Shown here piece by piece: positions 9,330 through 17,370 of a stretch of DNA of 64,000 nucleotides; position 1 is the stretch's first letter, and every line of letters starts with the position of its first letter. The notes under the pieces were generated by a model, which searched no databases, was not told where the DNA came from, and saw nothing but the letters and a program-made list of their open reading frames with translations. A program made the position numbers and the translations under genes. Source of the DNA: an uncultured Gemmatimonadales bacterium (GTDB lineage Bacteria; Gemmatimonadota; Gemmatimonadetes; Longimicrobiales; RSA9); the NCBI GenBank assembly GCA_963708135.1, contig OY970192.1:2176001-2240000 (forward strand), read 5' to 3'.

Positions 9330-11768
9330 ATGACGATTCCCTTTCTGTCGGACCTCCGCCAGGCGGCCCGGGGGCTGCGGCGGGCGCCGACCGTCACGGC
9401 CTCGGCCGTGCTCTGTCTGGCGCTTGGCATCGGGGCGACGGCGGCGATCTCGAGCGCCGTCCGGCGCGCGCTGCTGGAGCCGCTGCCGTTCACGCGGCCG
9501 GAGCGGCTGGTGGCGGTGCCGCGGGTCACGCCGCAGACCGGGCCGATGGGGACCTGGCCGCAGTCGGCGCCCAACTACGTCAACCTGGCGCGCGGGACCC
9601 GGCAGCTGAGCGGGCTGGCGGCGATGACGGTGGGCTCGGCGCTGCTCGAGCTTCCGGGGGGCGGTGCGGAAGGGCTGCAGGTGGCAGTCACCGGGAACCT
9701 CTTCCCGCTACTGGGGGTGCGCGCGTTCCGGGGGCGGCTGCTCCGCCCGGAGGACGGCGAGCTCGACCAGCCGCCGGTGGCGGTGCTCGACTACGCGTTC
9801 TGGCGCGACCGGCTCGGCGGCGATCCGGCCCTCGTGGGGCGGACGCTGCCGATCGACGGCGAGCCGACGACGATCGTCGGCATCACGCCGGCAGGGTTTC
9901 GCATCCCATACGGCTCCCAGATGATGCACGGCGAGATCTGGATGCCGCTCCGCTTCACGCCGGCCCAGCTCGGGCAGCGGCGCAGCAACTACCTCTTCCT
10001 GCTCGGACGGCTGGCTCCGGGCGCCACGGTCGCGTCGGCGCAGGCGGAGATCAGGGGTCTCTTCCGGGGGCTCGTGGCGGAGCACCCCCAGCTGCGCGGG
10101 GAGGACATGCGGGTGGCAGGGCTGCAGGCGGACAGCGTGCGGGGCATACGGCCCGCGCTGCTCCTGCTCTTCGGCGCGGTCGTCATGGTGCTCCTGATCG
10201 CGGCCGGTAACGTGGCGGCGCTGCTGCTCGCGCGGGGCGTGGGGCGGCGGCGGGAGATGGCCGTGAGGTCGGCGTTGGGCGTGACGCGCTGGGGAGCCAT
10301 GCGGCCGGTGCTGGCGGAAGGGATGATCATCGGGATCCTCGGAACGGCGCTCGGCCTGGCGCTCGCCGCGGCCGGCGTGCGCACGATCGGGGCGCTCGCG
10401 GCGGCGCGGATCCCGCAGCTCGCGGGGCTCGGCATCGACGGCGAGGTGGCGGCGTTCGCCATTGCGCTGGCGTTCGTGGTGACCCTCTTCTGCGCCGCGC
10501 TGCCGGCGTGGCGGGGGGCGAGCGTGCATCCGCAGGAGGCGCTCGGCGAGGCGCGCGGCGGGGCGATGGGCCGGGGACAGCATCGGGCGCTGCGCGGGCT
10601 GGTGGCGGCGGAGATCGCGCTCTCCATGGCACTCCTGATCGGGGCCGGGCTCGTGCTCAGGGGGTTCGCCCTGCTCTCGCGCAGCGATCCAGGCTTCGAC
10701 CCCGCGCGGGTGCTGACGCTGCGCGTGGCGGTCCCCGCGGCGGAGTTCCCTGACGGGGGCGGGGTGAAGCGGTTCCTGGAGCCGGCGCTCGCCTCGGTGC
10801 GCGCGCTTCCGGGAGTCGAGGCGGCGGGTGCCATCGACCTGATGCCCTACGACAGCTGGGGCAGCAACAGCAACATCCTGTACGAGGGGCGGCCGACGGC
10901 GGACCCGACCACCTATCCGCTCGTCGAGGAGCGCACGGTGGAGCCGGGATTCTTCCGGGTGACGGGGCAGCGGCTCCTGGACGGTCGGCTGCTGCGAGCC
11001 TCGGACGACGACCGGAGCGATGCGGCGCCCGTGGTGGTGGTCAACCACGCCCTGGCCGAGCGGGACTTCGGCGGCGCGAGCCCGGTAGGCAAGCGGTTCC
11101 ACCTCGGCGACACGACGTTCGCGACGATCGTCGGCGAGGTGAGCGACATCAGGAACGTCGGGCCGTTCGCGCCGCCCGCGCCGGAGATGTACTGGACGTA
11201 TCGCCAGAGCGGCCTGCGGACGACGAGCTTCCCGATCATGGTGCGCGTGCGTGGCCAGAACCCCGCCGCGGTGCTCGCCGCGGTCCGGTCCACGATCGAG
11301 GGGATCGCCCCCTCGGCGGCCATCACGGACGTGCGGCCGATGGAGGCCGTGATCACCGGAAGCCTGGGCCGCCCGCGGTTCTACCTGAGCCTGCTCGGCA
11401 GCTTCGCCGCGGTGGCGTTGCTCCTGGCGGTGGCCGGGCTCTACGGCGTGCTCAGCTACACGGTGGCACAGCGGACCCGGGAGATCGGGATCCGCGCCGC
11501 GCTGGGCAGCACGCGGGGCGGGCTGGTCCGGCTCGTCGCCTTCGACGGCGTCCGGCTCGTCGCGGTGGGCCTCGCGCTCGGCGCGGGCGGCGGCGCGGTC
11601 CTCACGCGCTTCATGGAGTCGATGCTCTACGGCGTCAGTCGGCTGGACGCGCCGACCTGGCTCGGGGCGGCGCTGGCGCTCACCGTGGCGGCGCTGGGAG
11701 CCTCGCTCATCCCAGCGCGCCGGGCGGCCGCGCTGGATCCGATGGAGGCGCTGCGGGCGGAAGGGTGA
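9330..11768 (+). CDS. ADOP-type duplicated MacB-like ABC permease (no prefix domain)
   Basis: DLRQAARGLRRAP..AVLCLALGIGA, REMAVRSALG, QRTREIGIRAALG, PARRAAALDPMEALR. Confidence 0.9.
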   Translation: MTIPFLSDLRQAARGLRRAPTVTASAVLCLALGIGATAAISSAVRRALLEPLPFTRPERLVAVPRVTPQTGPMGTWPQSAPNYVNLARGTRQLSGLAAMTVGSALLELPGGGAEGLQVAVTGNLFPLLGVRAFRGRLLRPEDGELDQPPVAVLDYAFWRDRLGGDPALVGRTLPIDGEPTTIVGITPAGFRIPYGSQMMHGEIWMPLRFTPAQLGQRRSNYLFLLGRLAPGATVASAQAEIRGLFRGLVAEHPQLRGEDMRVAGLQADSVRGIRPALLLLFGAVVMVLLIAAGNVAALLLARGVGRRREMAVRSALGVTRWGAMRPVLAEGMIIGILGTALGLALAAAGVRTIGALAAARIPQLAGLGIDGEVAAFAIALAFVVTLFCAALPAWRGASVHPQEALGEARGGAMGRGQHRALRGLVAAEIALSMALLIGAGLVLRGFALLSRSDPGFDPARVLTLRVAVPAAEFPDGGGVKRFLEPALASVRALPGVEAAGAIDLMPYDSWGSNSNILYEGRPTADPTTYPLVEERTVEPGFFRVTGQRLLDGRLLRASDDDRSDAAPVVVVNHALAERDFGGASPVGKRFHLGDTTFATIVGEVSDIRNVGPFAPPAPEMYWTYRQSGLRTTSFPIMVRVRGQNPAAVLAAVRSTIEGIAPSAAITDVRPMEAVITGSLGRPRFYLSLLGSFAAVALLLAVAGLYGVLSYTVAQRTREIGIRAALGSTRGGLVRLVAFDGVRLVAVGLALGAGGGAVLTRFMESMLYGVSRLDAPTWLGAALALTVAALGASLIPARRAAALDPMEALRAEG

Positions 11769-11790
11769 TCGGGGGCGGAGCTCGCGACAA

Positions 11791-11825
11791 GGCCCCGCAA
11801 GGCGGACAACACCCCCTGCGGGGCC
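11791..11825. terminator. GC hairpin between the convergent permease gene and tRNA
   Basis: Stem GGCCCCGCA / TGCGGGGCC. Confidence 0.6.
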
Positions 11826-11841
11826 ATGATCTTGGTGCCCA

Positions 11842-11916
11842 TGGGCGCTGAGGGATTCGAACCCCCGACCCCCTCCTTGTAAGGGAGGTGCTCTGGACCA
11901 GCTGAGCTAAGCGCCC
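11842..11916 (-). tRNA. tRNA-Val (anticodon TAC), CCA not encoded
   Basis: Minus strand reads GGGCGCTTAGCTCAGCTGGTCCAGAGCACCTCCCTTACAAGGAGGGGGTCGGGGGTTCGAATCCCTCAGCGCCCA. It forms a cloverleaf with anticodon loop CTTACAA and T-loop TTCGAAT. Confidence 0.97.
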
Positions 11917-11926
11917 GATTGAGAGG

Positions 11927-11955
11927 ATGGTAGCGGTGGAACGTGGCGGGGTCCA
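11927..11955 (-). promoter_or_regulatory. Sigma70-like promoter of tRNA-Val
   Basis: TGGACC - 17 nt - TACCAT, ending 10 nt before the tRNA 5' end. Confidence 0.6.
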
Positions 11956-12039
11956 GTCCCGGCGCGGGCGGGGCGCGGGCAATTCACCACGAAACCGAGG
12001 CACCAGATGACATCCAGTCCCCGCGCGGGCGGGGCGCGG
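11952..12039. repeat. Two 27-bp hairpin-forming direct repeats with a 34-nt unique spacer (period 61)
   Basis: TCCAGTCCC(G/C)GCGCGGGCGGGGCGCGG at 11952-11978 and 12013-12039. Confidence 0.85.
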
Positions 12040-12065
12040 ATTTGATACAGGCGGCTGCGTTACCC

Positions 12066-12141
12066 GAGGGGGAGGGGGAGGGTGAGGGGGAGGGGGTGGG
12101 TACGGATTGGGGTGAGGATGGGGGAGGGGGAGGGTGAGGGG
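12066..12141 (+). repeat. G-rich (GAGGGG)n-like low-complexity tract
   Basis: Many G3-G5 runs separated by 1-3 nt. Confidence 0.75.
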
Positions 12142-12143
12142 TG

Positions 12144-12350
12144 CTACAGGATGATGGCGAGGGGCATGAAGACGACGTAGCCGAGGACGAGGAGGAGGGG
12201 GGCGGCGGTGATGGAGCCCTGGGAGAGGAGCAGGTAGCCGAGAGCGGCGGACGCGATCCCGGCGATCAGCAGGATCCAGTTGATCCCGGAGAACTGGAGC
12301 GAGGGGCGCGGGCCCTGGGCCGCGGCGCGCGAGCGATGTCGATTGGCCAT
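12144..12350 (-). CDS. Small two-helix membrane protein (DUF3098-like)
   Basis: 68 aa, MANRHRS...FSGINWILLIAG...SITAAPLLLVLGYVVFMPLAIIL; a promoter sits immediately upstream. Confidence 0.75.
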   Translation of the reverse strand: MANRHRSRAAAQGPRPSLQFSGINWILLIAGIASAALGYLLLSQGSITAAPLLLVLGYVVFMPLAIIL

Positions 12351-12356
12351 GGCTTG

Positions 12357-12385
12357 AAGATGGTCCCGAAGCGCTGCCGGGTCAA
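12357..12385 (-). promoter_or_regulatory. Sigma70-like promoter, probably giving a leaderless mRNA
   Basis: TTGACC - 17 nt - CATCTT - 6 nt - ATG, with no RBS. Confidence 0.6.
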
Positions 12386-12436
12386 GGGGTTGCGAGGTGC
12401 GCGGCGGGGCGCGGCAGGGCGCCCCGCCGGCTCCGC

Positions 12437-13105
12437 TCATACGTACGCCGGAAGGCGGATCTGCAGGTGGTTCTCGACCTCGGTCACGCCCGCCGCGGAC
12501 CAGGCGGCGCTCTCGGCCTCATGCTTCTCGGCCCACGACCGGACGGTGCCGGTCAGGATCACTTTCCCACCGAGCGTCTCGACGTGCACGGCGTCGGCAT
12601 CGATCTCGGCGCTGCGCTTGAAGGCGGCCTCGATCCTGGTCTCGATGGCCAGCGGCGTCACCCTCGGCTTCACGGTGATGGCGTTCACCACGCCGCGGAT
12701 GCCGAGCAGGTTGTGCACCGCGTTCTCCGCCGCCTTCTTCTGGTACTGCCACTGGAGCTCGCCCTCGAGGGTGATCCAGCCCTTCGTGACGCTCACCTTG
12801 ATGTCACGGTCCGGGACGGCGCTCGACCAGCGCAGCGCCGCGACGGCGGCTTCCGCGAGCTTCTCGTCGGGCTGCTCGTCCTGCACGGCGAGCGCGACCT
12901 CCAACTCGTTCACCACCGCCCTCACGCCGGCGATGCGCAGCGCGGCACGCTCCGCAGCGCGCTTCTCCGCGTACGTCTTCACGTGGCCACCCAGCATGAT
13001 TATGCCGTCGGCCGCGGCGGTGACCGCGATGCTGGACGAGTCCACCTCGGCGTCGAACGCCAGCTCGTCCACCACATCCGTCTGAAGGATCTCCGTGGGT
13101 TTCAT
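12437..13105 (-). CDS. Triple-BON domain (OsmY-like) protein
   Basis: AGGAGG RBS; three BON repeats (G.I.L.G.V...EKRAAE.AA..I.GV..V.N). Confidence 0.92.
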   Translation of the reverse strand: MKPTEILQTDVVDELAFDAEVDSSSIAVTAAADGIIMLGGHVKTYAEKRAAERAALRIAGVRAVVNELEVALAVQDEQPDEKLAEAAVAALRWSSAVPDRDIKVSVTKGWITLEGELQWQYQKKAAENAVHNLLGIRGVVNAITVKPRVTPLAIETRIEAAFKRSAEIDADAVHVETLGGKVILTGTVRSWAEKHEAESAAWSAAGVTEVENHLQIRLPAYV

Positions 13106-13481
13106 TTCCGCCTCCTGGCGCACGGTGTCTACGGCGTGCACCTCGCGCGGGAGCGGCCGCGAGGATCGGCGGTCCGGATGGGCGTCCCGGGGCGACGCGC
13201 ACGCCACGGCGGGCCGGGACGGCCCTCACTCGCCCCTCGTCGGCCGACCGACGGGCCCCCGGCGCTCGTGGCGTGGATGAGCAAGGCAACTGCCGCGCCG
13301 GTGGAGGAGCCGGGCCGGCGAGTTCACAACCCGCTGCCAGTCCAGGACTTGAGCGCCTTCGCGTCCGCCTCGGCCCGGCGCGCCGCGGCCAGAACGTCCC
13401 AGGGCGGGACGAGGGTGCGCACCTCCGCCCGCTCGCCGGCGAGTCGCATGTCGTAAGGTCGCTTCGCCAGCAGCGCGGGGT

Positions 13482-13571
13482 CGAGTTTTCGATCGCCTGG
13501 CGAGACGAAGACGACACGACAGACGCAAGGAGGCCGGCGCACGCGAGATTTCGATCGCCTGGCGAGACGAA
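13482..13571. repeat. Two 28-bp palindromic direct repeats with a 34-nt spacer (period 62)
   Basis: CGAG(T/A)TTTCGATCGCCTGGCGAGACGAA at 13482-13509 and 13544-13571. Confidence 0.85.
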
Positions 13572-13813
13572 ACTCGTACGCGACCGTCGGCTCGGGGGCT
13601 ATGACGAGACTCAAGTCGCCGCTCCCGGGGAGGGGGCGGCATCCGGCCACGCAGGTGCATCTCCACGGGCCCGGGCACGGCTCGACGCCGAACGAATCCA
13701 AATGCGAATCCAGGGGCGACGGCCCGGAATCCGGATGCGGCGGTTCCCGTCACTGGCTCACGCGACCGGGCAAGATCCAACCGCCCCGGGACAGGAGCGA
13801 GCGCGCCCGAGGG

Positions 13814-14914
13814 CTACATCCCGCCTCCCGGAGCCGCGCCGCCTCCCTCGCCCGGCCTGGTTGGTGGACCCGGACCTGGAGAAGTTCGATCGGGTGGCGC
13901 CTCGCCGGCTTCCGCATTCCCGCCCTCCTCCCAGAAGGCGGGGGCGTCGGGCGGCTCGGTGGCGCGCAGGCGGTCGAGGCGCTCGCGGTCGCGGTGTCGC
14001 CTGATGAGCACCAGGACGAGCAGGAACGGGGTGAGGAGGAGCCAGAAGACGAGGCTGTTGGAGAGGACGACGGCCCAGCCGTAACGGCGTGCGACGAAGG
14101 CGCGCCACTCCTTCTCGAAGAGCGCGGAGGTGAGTCCGTAGGTGGCGCGCAGGGCGGGCTCGAAGCCGGTGTCGCGCCAGCTCAGCAGGAACAGGCCGAG
14201 GCCGCGGACGCCGGCCTGGGAGGCGAGGAACTGGACCGCGGTGGCGGAGAGCAGGTAGGCGACGCGCGCGTCGGTCTCGCCGGCGGGCCACTCGAGCGCG
14301 AGGGAGTCGAGCGGCGGGGCGCGGTGGAGCGCGAAGGCGATGCGCAGCAGCCAGGCGGCGTTCCAGTCGAGGCCATCGGAAGCCCAGACCGCGTAGCCCT
14401 CGTCGAACCAGCGCGGGATGCGGCGGGGGCCGAGGAAGCGATGCAGCGCGACATGGGCGAGCTCGTGGCGCAGGATGGCGCCGAGCTGGTCCGCCTGGGC
14501 GCGGCGGGAGGCGTAGGCGGGGAGCACGATGACGCCGCGGGCGGGCTCCGCGATGCCCGCGCCCCAGCCGGGCGCCGCGCCTTCGGTGAGCGAGTCGAAG
14601 CGGGCGGGGTCGGGGGCCATGTAGATGTGCACCGGATCGGCCGGTGTGAAGAGGCCGGGCGGCAGGCCGGGCAGGGGCTGGAAGGCGGCGGCGAGCCGGG
14701 CGAGATGGGCGGCGAGCGCCTGTCGGCCGGGCCAGTAGTGGAAGCGCATGCCGTCGGCGTCGATGGTGCCGGGGGGTGCGGCGCGCGCCGTACCGGCGGG
14801 GGGGGCGGCGGGCGGCGTGGCGGACGCCTGGACGGCGGGCCCGCCTGCGGCCGGTGCCCGCACCGGAGCGGCCGCGAGCACGGCCGCCAGCGCGAGAGCG
14901 GCCGCGGCGGTCAG
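13814..14914 (-). CDS. Peptidase MA-like (gluzincin) metallopeptidase with signal peptide and C-terminal TM helix
   Basis: LRHELAH (HExxH) plus PRWFDEGYA. Start is either an in-frame CTG at 14914 overlapping the cheW stop, or GTG at 14881. Confidence 0.8.
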   Translation of the reverse strand: MTAAAALALAAVLAAAPVRAPAAGGPAVQASATPPAAPPAGTARAAPPGTIDADGMRFHYWPGRQALAAHLARLAAAFQPLPGLPPGLFTPADPVHIYMAPDPARFDSLTEGAAPGWGAGIAEPARGVIVLPAYASRRAQADQLGAILRHELAHVALHRFLGPRRIPRWFDEGYAVWASDGLDWNAAWLLRIAFALHRAPPLDSLALEWPAGETDARVAYLLSATAVQFLASQAGVRGLGLFLLSWRDTGFEPALRATYGLTSALFEKEWRAFVARRYGWAVVLSNSLVFWLLLTPFLLVLVLIRRHRDRERLDRLRATEPPDAPAFWEEGGNAEAGEAPPDRTSPGPGPPTRPGEGGGAAPGGGM

Positions 14915-15783
14915 CTCCCCTCCCTGCCCGGCTCCTCGAGGTCGGTGGCCTGCAGCGCGAGCCGTTCCTCGGAGCTGAGGATGCGGTCGATGCGGAGCAG
15001 GATGGCAATGCGCTCGTCGTGGCGGAACAGGCCCTCGAGGTAGCGTGCGGCGAGGCCGCGGAAGTAGGCGGGCGGCTCCTGGAGCTGATCGGCCGGGAGG
15101 CGTACGATCTGGGTGACGGAGTCGGCAACGAGGCCGACCCTCTCGCCGTCGAGCTCGACGACCACGATGCGGGCGCCGGCGCCGGGCTCGCGCTCGGGAA
15201 GACCGAGCCGGCCGCGCAGCGAGATGATGGGGACGGCCTGGTCGCGCACGGAGAGCACGCCATCGACGAAGTCGGGCGCGCCGGGCACGCGGCTGGGCGG
15301 CTCCCAGGCGAGCACCTCATGCACGCCCGAGACGCGCATGGCGAGCAGGTCCTCGCCGAGCCGGAGCACGACGATCGGGATGGGCGGGGCAACGACGGGG
15401 TCCTGGGGCATCTCCTCGTCTTCCCAGCCGGGCGGCAGCCCGGCCTCGAACAGCGTTTCGGGATCGAGCGGCGTCACCAGCACGTCGCCGAAATCTTCGT
15501 GGATGCCGGCGATGGCATCCACGGCGAGCGCGAAGCGGATCCGCCCGCGCCGCAGCACGAGGGCGTGTGGGCGCGCCGCCGCGGGCAGACCGAGCATGGG
15601 CCCGGGATCGAGCGCCGGGATCCAGCGGCCGCGGTAGCGGAGCAACCCGGCCGCGTGGGATGCGAGCGCCGGCAGCGCCTCCAGGCGGGCGTTCTCGAGG
15701 GCCTCCTCCACCGCGGCGGCGGGAAGGGCGAAGGCCTCGTCCCCCACGCGGAATGCGACCTCGACGGCCGCCGGCCCCGTCAC
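14911..15783 (-). CDS. cheW: Double CheW-domain protein (first domain shortened)
   Basis: GTG overlaps the cheB stop. AFRVGDEAFALP...AGLLRYRG..IPALD is followed by VVLRLGEDLLAM...VPGAPDFVDGVLSVRDQAVPIISLR...VGLVADSV. Confidence 0.85.
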   Translation of the reverse strand: MTGPAAVEVAFRVGDEAFALPAAAVEEALENARLEALPALASHAAGLLRYRGRWIPALDPGPMLGLPAAARPHALVLRRGRIRFALAVDAIAGIHEDFGDVLVTPLDPETLFEAGLPPGWEDEEMPQDPVVAPPIPIVVLRLGEDLLAMRVSGVHEVLAWEPPSRVPGAPDFVDGVLSVRDQAVPIISLRGRLGLPEREPGAGARIVVVELDGERVGLVADSVTQIVRLPADQLQEPPAYFRGLAARYLEGLFRHDERIAILLRIDRILSSEERLALQATDLEEPGREGS

Positions 15784-16895
15784 CGCCCGGCCTTCCGGCG
15801 GCCGACCCGCGCGTCGCCGCCCGCCTGCATGGCGGCAACCCGGCGCGCGAGCGCGGGCCCGACCTCCGACAGCGGCAGCACCTCCCGGGCATAGGGCGCC
15901 GCCGCGCGCGGCATCCCGTAGATGACGGAGCTCGCGCGGTCCTGCGCGATGGTCCAGCCGCCGACCGCGGCGATGGCGCGCAGCCCATCGGCGCCGTCGC
16001 GGCCCATGCCGGTGAGCACGACGCCGATGCTGGCGGGCCCGAAGTGCGCGGCCACGGCGCGGAAGAGCACGTCGGCGGCGGGGCGCAGCCCCCAGACGGG
16101 CGGCGAGTCGAGGAGCTCGAGCGCCACGCCACCGCGCGTGCGCCGGAGGGCGAGGTGACGGCCTCCGGGCGCGATGTGGACGGTGCCGCGCGTCACGACC
16201 TCGCCATCGACCGCCTCGCGGACGGAGACGGCGCTCACACGGTCGAGGCGGTCGGCCAGATAATGCGTGAAGCGGGGCGGCATGTGTTGCACGACCAGGA
16301 TGCCGGCCGGGCAGTCGGCGGGGAGCGCGCGCACCACGTCGTCGACGGCGCGCGGGCCGCCGGTCGAGGCCGCGATGGCGACCACGCACTCTGCCGCGCC
16401 GGCGTCCCTCGGCGCGCCGGCGAGCCGCGGCATCCCCGTCGCCGGCAGGCGGACCGTCAGGTTGGCGAGGTCGGCCTGGGCGGCGGCGCGGAGCGCGGCC
16501 AGGAGTCGGCCGCGCAGCGCATCCAGCCCATCGCCGGCATCCTCGCCGGCGGGCTTCAGCACCACCTCGACGGCGCCGAGGTCGAAGGCGCGCAGCGCGG
16601 GCTCCGCGCCGCGGGCGCCGTGGGCGGAGAGGATCACGACCGGTCGCGGCGCCTCGCTCATGATGTAGCCGAGCGTATCGAGCCCGCCGAGGTCCGGCAT
16701 CTCCAGGTCGAGCGTCACGATGTCGGGGGCGCGCTCGTGGACGAGCCGGATGGCCTCGTAGCCCGTGGCCGCCTCGGCCACCACGGTGAACTCGCCCGAC
16801 GCCTCGAGGAGCGCGACGATGGTGGCGCGCACGACGGCGCTGTCCTCGACGACGAGCACGCCCGGGCGCGCCGGACCGCGCTCAGAGGAGGACAT
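15780..16895 (-). CDS. cheB: Chemotaxis methylesterase (REC plus CheB)
   Basis: REC motif VTLDLEMP; catalytic ASTGGP, QHMP and GMGRDGA. Confidence 0.96.
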   Translation of the reverse strand: MSSSERGPARPGVLVVEDSAVVRATIVALLEASGEFTVVAEAATGYEAIRLVHERAPDIVTLDLEMPDLGGLDTLGYIMSEAPRPVVILSAHGARGAEPALRAFDLGAVEVVLKPAGEDAGDGLDALRGRLLAALRAAAQADLANLTVRLPATGMPRLAGAPRDAGAAECVVAIAASTGGPRAVDDVVRALPADCPAGILVVQHMPPRFTHYLADRLDRVSAVSVREAVDGEVVTRGTVHIAPGGRHLALRRTRGGVALELLDSPPVWGLRPAADVLFRAVAAHFGPASIGVVLTGMGRDGADGLRAIAAVGGWTIAQDRASSVIYGMPRAAAPYAREVLPLSEVGPALARRVAAMQAGGDARVGRRKAGR

Positions 16896-17370
16896 CGGGG
16901 CGCAGGATCGAGGTGACCACGACGCGGCCGTCCTCGACGTGGAAGAACACGGAGCGGCCGTGGCCGCCGCCGACCTCCTCGCCGGCCAGGGGGACGCCCG
17001 CGGTGCCGAGCGCGTCCCGGGCGGCCTCCACGTTGCGCGCGCCGAGCGTCTGCTCGCCTTCCGCGGTGAGGGACTCGAACATGGCCGCGCCGCCGATGAT
17101 GCGCGCGGTCAACCGGGCGCGCACGGCGCCCAGCTCGTCGAGCGCCGCGAGGGCGAGGGGGATGGCGCTGGCGACGAAACGGCCGGGCGGCACCTGGCGG
17201 CGGGCGGCGCTCGGATCGGGGAGCATGGCGTGGGTGAGGGCGCCGACGCGGGCGAGGGGGTCGTGCAGCGCCACGGCCACGCACGAGCCGAGGCCGAGGG
17301 CGAGGAGCACGCCGCCTTCACGGGCGACCTTCACCTCCCCGATCCGGACCACGAGCCGCTCCTCAGTCAT
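16882..17370 (-). CDS. cheD: Chemoreceptor glutamine deamidase
   Basis: LGLGSCVAV, HAMLP, IIGGAAMF, GARN, EEVGG.HGRSV. Confidence 0.95.
   Translation of the reverse strand: MTEERLVVRIGEVKVAREGGVLLALGLGSCVAVALHDPLARVGALTHAMLPDPSAARRQVPPGRFVASAIPLALAALDELGAVRARLTARIIGGAAMFESLTAEGEQTLGARNVEAARDALGTAGVPLAGEEVGGGHGRSVFFHVEDGRVVVTSILRPDVLL

Noticed and set aside
11842..11916. tRNA-Val as the attachment site of an integrated element
   Set aside because: No integrase, no duplicated tRNA 3' end seen, and no clear compositional shift in the flanks.
11952..13571. Annotating the two repeat-spacer-repeat units as bona fide CRISPR arrays
   Set aside because: Each has only two repeats, the two units are unrelated in sequence, and there is no AT-rich leader or cas gene in the window. 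Kept only as findings.
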